Assembly: GCF_008000775.2 (NCBI RefSeq)
Contig: NZ_CP042905.2
Location: forward strand, 2,970,001 to 3,002,000
Direction of reading: 5' to 3'
From: Promethearchaeum syntrophicum
GTDB lineage: Archaea; Asgardarchaeota; Lokiarchaeia; Sigyniarchaeales; Promethearchaeaceae
Length of the DNA: 32,000 nt
In this document: piece by piece, positions 1-8,131 of the stretch
Position numbering within the stretch: position 1 is the stretch's first letter
Layout: the number at the start of each line of letters is the position of its first letter
Program-made: the position numbers and the translations under genes
Notes under the pieces: generated by a model
What the model saw: the letters and a program-made list of their open reading frames with translations, nothing else
Database searches by the model: none
What the model was told of the DNA's origin: nothing

Positions 1-1118
1 GAAATCATGATAAAAGCAATATTTCAACTAAAAGGTCATGGTTACAATTTCTTGCGGAATTAGAACTTATCATTCTATTATCTCCTAAAACCAATAATAA
101 AGAAGAATATACTATTTTTAAATTCGTCCCTTATTCAGAAAACAAGAAAAATCCTGGGATGATTCGTATCAAAGACACTTGCATATACGGGATTCCATCT
201 TATGGGGCTATGACAAAAACATATTTTCCCGATATTTATAATGCACTCCCAGATAGTTCTGATACATTTAATATCTTGATGATGCATTTTGGGATAAATG
301 GTCAAGTTATAAACAAATTAGGATTTGAAATGAGTGAAGATTTAAAATTACTGCATAAAAAAGTAAATTATCTTGCGTTAGGTCATTTCCATAAAAAATA
401 TGCACTTCCCAAGAATAAAGAGTGGGTGTTTAACCCCGGAAGTTTAGAAGTTACTGATGCCAGAGAAATCTGGGAAAATTACCCTCGAGGCATTTTCTTA
501 GTGGAAGTGCATGATAAAGAAAATCCTAATATTAGGCATATTCCTTGGGTTAAAGGTAAAAGTGAAAGTCCTGATGAAATTCCCAATCGATTCTTTGCAG
601 ATATTACAATTGATATAGGGAAAAATGATTCAAGTTCATTTAAGGAGGCACTATCATATATATTAGAAAGCTTAAAAATTATTCTGGAAAAAAAAGGAAC
701 AGCTCATTTAAAAAAAAATGATTTAGAATTACCTATTGTTTTGCTTACCTTAAATGGGACAATTTCCTATTCAAGATTGGAAGTAAACATCAATAAACTG
801 AAAGAAAGAATTAAAGAAAAATACGATGTTTTGGATGTACGTGTTTTTAGTGGATCTGTGAAGTCAGAAATTGACGGAATCGTGGTAGATATAAGTTCTG
901 AGAAATCACTTGAAGAAATTGAAAAAGATGTATTTTTACAACTCATTGAACAGCATCCAGATTATGAACCACACAAAAACGATATAATTCAATTAATGTT
1001 AGATTTAAAAAGTTCGATTCTTGATCCAAAAAAAAATTTTGACCAATTAAGAAATCAAATCAAATTATGGTGGAGATCACATATCTCACTCCCACAAGGG
1101 GAATTAAATAAGAATTAG
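1..1118 (+). CDS. mre11: Mre11 double-strand-break repair nuclease, 5'-truncated by the window edge
   Basis: The frame is open from base 3 (NHDKSNISTKRSW...), so the ORF-track ATG at 159 is internal. Calcineurin-type phosphoesterase motifs are visible: (G)NHD at the edge, ILMMHFG, and LALGHFHKKY (GHxH). The stop lies 11 nt before the rad50 ATG, with AGGAGC in between. Confidence 0.85.
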   Translation, partial: NHDKSNISTKRSWLQFLAELELIILLSPKTNNKEEYTIFKFVPYSENKKNPGMIRIKDTCIYGIPSYGAMTKTYFPDIYNALPDSSDTFNILMMHFGINGQVINKLGFEMSEDLKLLHKKVNYLALGHFHKKYALPKNKEWVFNPGSLEVTDAREIWENYPRGIFLVEVHDKENPNIRHIPWVKGKSESPDEIPNRFFADITIDIGKNDSSSFKEALSYILESLKIILEKKGTAHLKKNDLELPIVLLTLNGTISYSRLEVNINKLKERIKEKYDVLDVRVFSGSVKSEIDGIVVDISSEKSLEEIEKDVFLQLIEQHPDYEPHKNDIIQLMLDLKSSILDPKKNFDQLRNQIKLWWRSHISLPQGELNKN

Positions 1119-1129
1119 GAGCAAATTTA

Positions 1130-3832
1130 ATGATAATAACTAAAGTGCAATTAATAAACATCACCACCCATAAGAATAATTTCATAAAATTTGAAGAAGG
1201 AACTAATCTTTTAATGGGACCCAATGGCACAGGAAAATCCACCGTTCTTACAATGATTGGGTATGCACTTTTTGATATGAAACTTGGAAATAATCAAAAA
1301 TCATACGTCCGTGTCCCATCATCTAAGAATAATTTTGGTACAGTAAAAATTTGGATAAGTGGCAAAGATAAACAAGAATATTGTATTGAACGCACAATTG
1401 GGAAACCTAACAATAAAATAATTGTATCTCATTCTGATACGGGTGCAATTCTAACTAAAATTTATAATAAAGCTAATTTACGGATTTGGATTCAAGATCA
1501 GATGGGATTAAGTAAAAATTTTTCACTTTCAAGTATATTCGAACACGCCATAGGTGTGAATCAAGGAACGTTTACTGCCCCATTTTTAATGAACCCTAGT
1601 GATAGGTCCAGTATTTTTGCCCCTTTACTAAATGTACATATTTATAAAAACATTTATGATAAATACAGAGAGATTAATAATTCATTCAAAGATGAAATTC
1701 AAAATTTAGAAAAAGAGATTAGCTTTATTGAAGGAGAATTAAAGGGAAAAGATCAAATCACTCAACAACAAATAGATATTAATGAAAAACTTCGAGAATT
1801 AAGGGTTTCATCTATAAGTTCGATTACAAATTTTAACCGAATAAAGAAAAAATACGATGAATTGGTACTAATAAAGGAAAAATTAGAAAAAGTAAGAAAT
1901 GATGTCGAAAGATTGGAGTATAAGAAGAAAAATTTAGAAGATATTCTTGATAAAAATGAAGTTGAAATCAATGAAGCTAAATCAGCAAAAAATATTTGCG
2001 ATGATTATAGAAATGATTATTTAGAATACAAAGAATTACTCAAAGATGAAAGAAAATTACAAGAAAAATATACCCTACTCAATAAATATATCGGAGAAAA
2101 AAATCATTATAATAAATCTTTAATAAAACTTGAAGGGAAATTAAATCAAATTTCAAATCAGATTGACAAAATCAATAAGAAAAGCGGTTTATTACCGACT
2201 TTAGAAAAGAAATTCCTCAGAAATAAGATTATTCAAAAAAAGATTCATAATCTCGTAATTCAAATTGAATCAAAAACCATTATGCAAAAAAATTTAGAAT
2301 TATTAATTCAGGATAATGCAAAACTTAAAAGAAAAATTACAAAATTGCAAAAAACATTAAAAATATTGCCTGAAATTGAAAAAAAATGTGTTCTAATAGA
2401 AACTTCTAATCAAAAAATTAATGAACTCAATCAGAAGATAGCGGTTAAAGAAGGAGAAATTAAGAAATTAAAGCAAAATAAAAAAGACTCCAAAGGAGGG
2501 AAATGTCCCTTCTTGCTTGAAAAATGTAAAAATATTGAAGGAGATTCATTGGAAGATTATTTTCAAAAGAAAATTGATGACGAACAAGATTCAATAAAGA
2601 AATTAAAAAACAATTTAAAGGGACTTATGGAAGAACTTGAAAATTTAAAGATTGAAGAAGGCAAATTAAAACAATTGGAAAGATCTCAGATAGAATTAAA
2701 ACAGCTTGAAGATCAGAGAAAAAATAATACTGTGAAAATCAACGATTTAAAGGAAAATACAAGTAATAAAGAAAAATTAGAAATTCATAAAAATAATCTC
2801 CAAGAGGAACAAAATATTCTTGAAAATGATGTAAAACAATATAATATTATCAATGAGAATATTACTAAAGATTTACCAGAGTTAAATCAAGAAAAAGCAG
2901 AAATTGAAATAGAAATTGTGAAATCAAATAAAATTTTAGAACCTTTTGAAAACCAAATTAAAGAATTAGTAGAAGTCCCCAATCTCCTTAAGGAAGTTAG
3001 GAAAAATATGAATTCAAGACAAGATAATTTTTATGCCTATAAAGAAAATGTTAAAACTATGAAGAAATTACCAAAATTTAAAGATGAACGACTCGAGATT
3101 AAATCTAAACTCCAAAAAAACATGAAGAAGCTACAAAGTAAAGAAAAAGAGAAACTTAATTTAGATAGACAATATGATGATGAACAATTTTTGAATTTAG
3201 AACAAGATAAAGAAAAAGCTAAAAACGATTCAATTGAAATACAAGCAGATATTAAAAACCAAGAAATTTTCTTATTGGATGCAATGAAAAAATTAGAAAA
3301 CTTATCCGAAAAAGAGAAAAATCTCAATCAAAAAAACCAAGATTGGAATGAATTGAAAAAAATTAGTGATTTTAGTGAAAAAATTCGCATCTGGTTTAAA
3401 GAAGCTCAACCTAAAATAACTGAAGCTCTCATGGCTCGAATTAATAATACTGCCTCTGAATTATTCAGAAAAATTACTGGTGATGAAGCCATTCAGCTAA
3501 AATGGCAAAAAGATTATGATATTCATATCATTACTGCCCATAATCCCCTTCGAACATTTTCACAGTTATCGGGCGGTGAACAAATGAGTGCTGCATTGTC
3601 TGTCCGATTAGCAGTATTAAAAGTGCTTACAAAAATTGATTTTGCGTTTTTTGATGAACCAACGACTAATCTCGACTCAGAAAAACGGAAAAATCTCTCT
3701 AGCTGTATACAAAATATACGAGGATTCAAACAACTATTCGTAATCTCACATGACGATACATTTGAAGAAAATGCGGATTTTTCTATTCATTTCTCAAAGA
3801 ATGATTATGATGAAACTGTTGTAACATCCTAA
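1130..3832 (+). CDS. rad50: Rad50 SMC-like ATPase
   Basis: N-terminal Walker A GPNGTGKST. A very long K/E/N-rich coiled-coil middle follows. The C-terminus carries signature LSGGEQMSAALSVRLAV, Walker B FAFFDEPTTNLD and H-loop FVISHD. It sits directly downstream of mre11. The mid-coil Cys pair is CPFLLEKC rather than CxxC. Confidence 0.9.
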   Translation: MIITKVQLINITTHKNNFIKFEEGTNLLMGPNGTGKSTVLTMIGYALFDMKLGNNQKSYVRVPSSKNNFGTVKIWISGKDKQEYCIERTIGKPNNKIIVSHSDTGAILTKIYNKANLRIWIQDQMGLSKNFSLSSIFEHAIGVNQGTFTAPFLMNPSDRSSIFAPLLNVHIYKNIYDKYREINNSFKDEIQNLEKEISFIEGELKGKDQITQQQIDINEKLRELRVSSISSITNFNRIKKKYDELVLIKEKLEKVRNDVERLEYKKKNLEDILDKNEVEINEAKSAKNICDDYRNDYLEYKELLKDERKLQEKYTLLNKYIGEKNHYNKSLIKLEGKLNQISNQIDKINKKSGLLPTLEKKFLRNKIIQKKIHNLVIQIESKTIMQKNLELLIQDNAKLKRKITKLQKTLKILPEIEKKCVLIETSNQKINELNQKIAVKEGEIKKLKQNKKDSKGGKCPFLLEKCKNIEGDSLEDYFQKKIDDEQDSIKKLKNNLKGLMEELENLKIEEGKLKQLERSQIELKQLEDQRKNNTVKINDLKENTSNKEKLEIHKNNLQEEQNILENDVKQYNIINENITKDLPELNQEKAEIEIEIVKSNKILEPFENQIKELVEVPNLLKEVRKNMNSRQDNFYAYKENVKTMKKLPKFKDERLEIKSKLQKNMKKLQSKEKEKLNLDRQYDDEQFLNLEQDKEKAKNDSIEIQADIKNQEIFLLDAMKKLENLSEKEKNLNQKNQDWNELKKISDFSEKIRIWFKEAQPKITEALMARINNTASELFRKITGDEAIQLKWQKDYDIHIITAHNPLRTFSQLSGGEQMSAALSVRLAVLKVLTKIDFAFFDEPTTNLDSEKRKNLSSCIQNIRGFKQLFVISHDDTFEENADFSIHFSKNDYDETVVTS

Positions 3833-3895
3833 AGAAGGAAAATTATATCCATCTGCTAGATAATAATTTAAGAACAAAATCATTTTTTTATTAAA

Positions 3896-4384
3896 ATGGA
3901 AGGTCGAGTCATTCTTCGAATTAGTGACTTCTTCAAATTTTTTTTTGTCAATCCAGGTTTGATTTTTGGATATTTGAATGATATTTTTGAGAAAAAGTAT
4001 CAATCAATGCAATATATAGAAGAGCTCGAAAATGGATTTTTATTCGTGTTCAAAGATATTGAATCTTTCAAGAAAAGAGCAAAACCCTTAATAAAAGAAG
4101 AGCTCAAAGAAATTACGAACAATGACACGAGTGCCATGAATTTTTTTCAGAAATTTTTTATTCCAAAAGAGAAATTTCCAAAAGAAGGAATTATATTGGA
4201 GATAGAGATTATATCAGGGGATAAATCAGAAATAGTTCCTTTTCTTAAGAATTTCATTTATTCCGTCAGCCAAAACATTAATATTAAGATAGATAATGAG
4301 CAGAATTTATTATTTAAAATCCTTGATTTTGATATTATTAAAAAATATGCTAATTCATTGATGAACCGATTTTATAAAACATAG
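3896..4384 (+). CDS. hypothetical protein, small soluble paralog A
   Basis: No family recognised. It shares blocks with the next ORF: RVILRIS/KIVVKIS, NGFLFVFKD/DGFLMIFQN, FFQKFF..KEGIILE/FFKKIFPKKGIILN, VPFLKNF/TPIVKNF. Confidence 0.6.
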   Translation: MEGRVILRISDFFKFFFVNPGLIFGYLNDIFEKKYQSMQYIEELENGFLFVFKDIESFKKRAKPLIKEELKEITNNDTSAMNFFQKFFIPKEKFPKEGIILEIEIISGDKSEIVPFLKNFIYSVSQNINIKIDNEQNLLFKILDFDIIKKYANSLMNRFYKT

Positions 4385-4418
4385 ATTTAAGAATATAAAA
4401 GTTATAGTGAGTTTAATA

Positions 4419-4916
4419 ATGGATAGGAAGATTGTTGTAAAGATCAGTTTCTCAATAGATATAATTAATAAAAGTATTGAGAAATATTCAGGTTATTTCA
4501 ACGAATTAAATAAGAAATTCAATGAAGGTGAAATTTATTTAGAATTAATTCAAGATGGATTTTTAATGATTTTTCAAAACGGTAAAGCTTTTAAAAATTA
4601 CCATACATTGCCCAAAGAAAAAATGGAGCGAGAATTAAAACAGATGGATGAAGACGACAAATCTTTTCTATTTGATAAACAGTTCTTTAAAAAAATTTTT
4701 CCCAAAAAAGGAATCATTCTTAACTCTGAGGGATATTCGGGAAATCTTCACGCATTAACTCCCATAGTCAAAAATTTTTATGAAAAAATGCATCCCGATA
4801 TTCAAGTAATTCCTAGATCGGATAAATTGGTTCAAATTCATTTAAAAAGTATAGACGCTACTTATACATTCATAAATTTTTTGTATTGGAAGATTTACAC
4901 TTTGAAAAATCAATGA
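4419..4916 (+). CDS. hypothetical protein, small soluble paralog B
   Basis: Paralog of 3896-4384. The ORF track starts at GTG 4407. ATG 4419 is preferred because it lies about 20-25 nt after the TATA-like GAATATAAAAG and aligns with the paralog's N-terminus. Confidence 0.6.
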   Translation: MDRKIVVKISFSIDIINKSIEKYSGYFNELNKKFNEGEIYLELIQDGFLMIFQNGKAFKNYHTLPKEKMERELKQMDEDDKSFLFDKQFFKKIFPKKGIILNSEGYSGNLHALTPIVKNFYEKMHPDIQVIPRSDKLVQIHLKSIDATYTFINFLYWKIYTLKNQ

Positions 4917-4965
4917 AGTTACATAATTTATTTTTTGCATATGGAATTTTTTCTTCGTACTTTCA

Positions 4966-4980
4966 AAAGTTTATATATAA
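4966..4980 (+). promoter_or_regulatory. TATA-box-like element for membrane paralog 1
   Basis: AAAGTTTATATATAA, centred about 29 nt upstream of ATG 5003. Almost the same element (AAAGTTTATAAATTA) sits at the equivalent distance before paralog 2. Confidence 0.5.
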
Positions 4981-5002
4981 TATTGCCAATAAAAATCATA
5001 GA

Positions 5003-5809
5003 ATGAATAAAAATCTTCAACCATCTTCCATTCGTAAATATTCCATCCGATCGGATTATAAACTGAGTTTTACTTTAATTTTCCAAAATTTCCTTCCTAT
5101 TTTTATTGTTTTGGCAATAGGAGTTGTTCTTAACGAGGTTTTGGATTATTTATTTCTAGATGTGCTCTTTCCCGAACTCCCTTTCAATCAATATGGACTT
5201 CCTCCCGGATTATTATATTTCCTAAGTAATCTTCCGGGTGATGCGATTTTTTATGGGTTTTTCGGGGTGTGCATGGGACTTTGTTCGGAGATTATGTCTT
5301 CTGGAGATCAATTTACCCAGGTAAAGAGATTTCCATACTATCTTAAAAAATTCTGGCTCAAATTTTTTGCACTAGGCTTAGTCATCAATTTCCCATTCTA
5401 TTTGGCATATTTTATCAGAGCATCGTGGGTAAATCCCGTGTTATTCATTACACTTTGGGCGTTATCACATTTTGTGTATTACTTTTTAGTGGAAATTAAT
5501 CCGGCTCTCATTACCAGGTCAAAATTTCGAGAGGCAATTAAAGATAATATTTTTCTTCTTAAATCCCAATTTTTAAGAATTCTGATAACATTTGGAATAA
5601 TAACTTTAGTGTTTTCAAGTCCCCTAATAATTTTGAGATCTTTGGAACAATTTGGGTCATTTTCAGATGCAGATATTGAGATTCTTCATTTTCTCCACCG
5701 CTTATTTAATTATATCAAAATTTTTATCGGGAATCCGCTTAACGCGTTTCTTTCCATTGGTATTTATAATGAAAATATTGTCTTCCCAACTCTCCAAAGT
5801 AAAAAATGA
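5003..5809 (+). CDS. polytopic membrane protein, tandem paralog 1 (unknown family)
   Basis: Multiple hydrophobic segments. Roughly 70% identical by eye to 5948-6763. Start moved from 4886 to ATG 5003, which aligns with the paralog N-terminus and lies about 29 nt after AAAGTTTATATATAA. Confidence 0.75.
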   Translation: MNKNLQPSSIRKYSIRSDYKLSFTLIFQNFLPIFIVLAIGVVLNEVLDYLFLDVLFPELPFNQYGLPPGLLYFLSNLPGDAIFYGFFGVCMGLCSEIMSSGDQFTQVKRFPYYLKKFWLKFFALGLVINFPFYLAYFIRASWVNPVLFITLWALSHFVYYFLVEINPALITRSKFREAIKDNIFLLKSQFLRILITFGIITLVFSSPLIILRSLEQFGSFSDADIEILHFLHRLFNYIKIFIGNPLNAFLSIGIYNENIVFPTLQSKK

Positions 5810-5910
5810 ATTAACTAAGGTCAGCGTGATTGGAAAGTTAATCCCTTGAATAATAAATGAAATAATATATCCTTCATTTAGATATAACTTCTTCAACGAA
5901 ATTTCAAATT

Positions 5911-5925
5911 AAAGTTTATAAATTA
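5911..5925 (+). promoter_or_regulatory. TATA-box-like element for membrane paralog 2
   Basis: AAAGTTTATAAATTA about 30 nt upstream of ATG 5948, preceded by TTTCAAA as in copy 1. Confidence 0.5.
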
Positions 5926-5947
5926 TATTCTCCATAAAAACTAGAGT

Positions 5948-6763
5948 ATGAAAGCAAATCACGAATTATCATCGACCCGTAAATATCCAATTGTATCTGA
6001 TTATAAACTGAGTTTTACTTTAATTTTCCAAAATTTTATCCCAATTTTTATTGTTTTGGCAATAGGGGTTGTATTAATGGAGATTTTAGATTACTTTTTA
6101 TTAGATGTACTATTCCATGAACTCAATCTCGTACAAAATACTTGGTTACACCAAATTATCTATGTCTTATGTAAACTACCAGGGGATGCAATTTTTTATG
6201 GATTTTTCGGAGTGTGTATGGGATTATGTTCGGATATAATGACTTCGGGTGACGAATTTACACAGATAACGAGATTTCCATATTATCTTAGAAAATATTG
6301 GCTTAAATTTGTTTTACTCTGCTTGTTAATCAATTTCCCTTTCTACCTTTCTTATTTTATTCCACAACCGTGGTTTAATCTTGGTATATTCATATTTCTT
6401 TGGATTCTCGCTCATTTTATTTATTATTTCTTGGTGGAAATTAATCCAGGTCTTATTCAAAGGTCAAAAGTTCTCGAGGCTATCAAAGACAATATTATTC
6501 TCCTTAAATCCCAATTTATTCGAATTTTGATAACATTTGGAATAATTTCTATAGTGTTCTCTGGTCCACTTTTAATAATGAGATCTTTGATACTATTTGG
6601 GGGAAAATCACCAGAAGAAATTAGGCAACTTGAACTTTTCCATCGCATATATACTTATATCAAAATTTTTATCGGACATCCGCTTAACGCATTTCTTTCT
6701 ATTGGTATTTACAATGAAAATATTGTCTTCCCATTACTCCAAAATAAAGAAAAATTAAACTAA
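5948..6763 (+). CDS. polytopic membrane protein, tandem paralog 2 (unknown family)
   Basis: Shares YKLSFTLIFQNF(L/I)PIFIVLAIGVVL, LPGDAIFYGFFGVCMGLCS, YYFLVEINP and IKIFIG.PLNAFLSIGIYNENIVFP with the upstream gene. AAAGTTTATAAATTA lies about 30 nt before the ATG. Confidence 0.75.
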   Translation: MKANHELSSTRKYPIVSDYKLSFTLIFQNFIPIFIVLAIGVVLMEILDYFLLDVLFHELNLVQNTWLHQIIYVLCKLPGDAIFYGFFGVCMGLCSDIMTSGDEFTQITRFPYYLRKYWLKFVLLCLLINFPFYLSYFIPQPWFNLGIFIFLWILAHFIYYFLVEINPGLIQRSKVLEAIKDNIILLKSQFIRILITFGIISIVFSGPLLIMRSLILFGGKSPEEIRQLELFHRIYTYIKIFIGHPLNAFLSIGIYNENIVFPLLQNKEKLN

Positions 6764-7086
6764 GGCCATCGGTACTGAATAATGAATTCTCTGGCAGTTA
6801 CCCGATAAAATTTCATAATTATCCTTTTTTCACTCATCTCTTTCCTTGCCAGAGTAATGAGACCCGCTTCTTCTAGATCTTTAAGATGGCGTTTTATAGT
6901 TCCCGGATTATATTTTGTATCCTTATGAAGTTGCATGATTGTTTTTGCTTCTGCATAAAGATTTTCAAGAATAATAAGTTTTACAGAGTGTTGAAATTGA
7001 TTAATCACACTGGGATCTGTGATTACCATTGAATCTCTAGGAATAAATTCTGTTCCATGATCTGATTCTTGAATTTTAATGGACAC
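6760..7086 (-). CDS. ArsR-family winged helix-turn-helix transcriptional regulator
   Basis: The segment ILENLYAEAKTIMQLHKDTKYNPGTIKRHLKDLEEAGLITLARKE matches the ArsR/SmtB-type wHTH pattern, and the size (108 aa) fits. Its stop codon overlaps the stop of the convergent gene (CTAA). Confidence 0.7.
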   Translation of the reverse strand: MSIKIQESDHGTEFIPRDSMVITDPSVINQFQHSVKLIILENLYAEAKTIMQLHKDTKYNPGTIKRHLKDLEEAGLITLARKEMSEKRIIMKFYRVTAREFIIQYRWP

Positions 7087-7200
7087 CCCTAATAATTTGT
7101 AATTGTGTTGTAGTTAAATAAATTGTTATTAATAATCCTTTCAACTTTCTAAATTAAACCTATTTTTAATATTTGCTAAATCTTCTGTACTTATATATAT

Positions 7201-7217
7201 TTTGTAAATAATGCAAA
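7201..7217. promoter_or_regulatory. imperfect copy of candidate operator TTTGYA-N5-TGCAAA
   Basis: TTTGTAAATAATGCAAA. It matches 13 of 17 positions of the perfect palindrome 52 bp downstream and has the same half-site spacing. Confidence 0.35.
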
Positions 7218-7252
7218 ATATTTAAAAAACATTTTTACTATACTAGACATAA

Positions 7253-7269
7253 TTTGCAATAATTGCAAA
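7253..7269. promoter_or_regulatory. perfect palindrome, candidate operator in the ArsR / DJ-1-like divergent intergenic region
   Basis: TTTGCAAT-A-ATTGCAAA has 8-bp arms and one central base. It lies about 53 nt before ATG 7322 and downstream of the A/T-rich TATA-like TTTAAAAAA (7221-7229). Confidence 0.45.
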
Positions 7270-7321
7270 CTATGTTTTCTTCCTCTACAGTTTGAAAAAT
7301 TTTTCAGGATATTTGAAAAAC

Positions 7322-8131
7322 ATGAAAATAACAAAAAAAATAGTTTTGACATACTCAATTCTACTAATATTTTTTAGTACCACACCAACTGTTAAATTAG
7401 TAAACGCTCAAGAATCCTCTGAAACAACATACAAAGCATTATTTTTAGTCTCAAATGCATATGGAGATAATTATTACGACCTGGTTGGGAATTTTTCTCA
7501 ATGGGGGTGGGAAATAGAGACTGCGGGAAGCAGCAACGTTGTTAAAGGGTGTGTCAATCATCACTTAGCCTATACACTGAATTGTAATCTTACCTTTAAT
7601 GATTTGAATGAATCTAAGATTCAAGAGTATGATTGTCTAATTATTCCAAGCGGAGGTCATTGGTATTCGCTTGTGGCTTTAGATTCTGTAGAATTAATAG
7701 TTAGAACCGCTCATGAAAGCGATTTAATCATAGGAACACTATGTATAGGACAGAAAGTCCTTTCCGATATCGATGGTTTAATGGATGGAGTAAAAGTTGC
7801 CTATTTCAATATGGTAGAATCAGATATGGAAAGAGAAAACGCCCGAATAGTCCATCGAGATGTTGTAACTGATGATGGGTTTGTCACTGGTGGCGGAGGA
7901 GGGAGTTTATCGGGAGGAGGTTATACTGTCGCACCCACAGCCGAATTTTGCGAAGCAGTGAAAGCCGCTTTGGAACCTAATAATAATAAACTAATCTATT
8001 CGTTAACAGGGTCGATTGGGGGAGTTTTGTTACTATCAATTGGAATATTAGTTGTAAAAAACCGACATAAAATTTTTTCAAAAACACATAAAAAAACTCA
8101 ACAAGTTAAAGAAAAAAGAAGTGAAATATAA
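7322..8131 (+). CDS. secreted, C-terminally anchored DJ-1/PfpI-like (class I glutamine-amidotransferase-like) protein
   Basis: Start moved from TTG 7292 to ATG 7322, which gives signal peptide MKITKKIVLTYSILLIFFSTTPTVKLVNAQE. DCLIIPSGG ... DLIIGTLCIGQKVL resembles the DJ-1/PfpI nucleophile-elbow region, with Cys present and the following His absent. There is a Gly-rich linker GGGGGSLSGGG and a C-terminal TM helix followed by a basic tail. Confidence 0.45.
   Translation: MKITKKIVLTYSILLIFFSTTPTVKLVNAQESSETTYKALFLVSNAYGDNYYDLVGNFSQWGWEIETAGSSNVVKGCVNHHLAYTLNCNLTFNDLNESKIQEYDCLIIPSGGHWYSLVALDSVELIVRTAHESDLIIGTLCIGQKVLSDIDGLMDGVKVAYFNMVESDMERENARIVHRDVVTDDGFVTGGGGGSLSGGGYTVAPTAEFCEAVKAALEPNNNKLIYSLTGSIGGVLLLSIGILVVKNRHKIFSKTHKKTQQVKEKRSEI

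Noticed and set aside
1762-3729. Minus-strand ORFs inside rad50 (1762-1971, 3037-3327, 3523-3729)
   Set aside because: They are antisense to a strongly supported gene. Their F/S/L-rich low-complexity translations are the mirror image of the K/E/N-rich coiled coil, so they are compositional artefacts.
4886-5002. ORF-track start of membrane paralog 1 at 4886, overlapping the previous gene
   Set aside because: The extension has no counterpart in the paralog and overlaps 4419-4916. It would also place the TATA-like element (4966-4980) inside the coding region. ATG 5003 aligns with the paralog's start.
5652-5896. Short ORFs 5652-5849 (+) and 5702-5896 (-), plus 6457-6648 (-)
   Set aside because: They overlap the well-supported paralogous membrane genes in other frames or strands, and they have no motifs.
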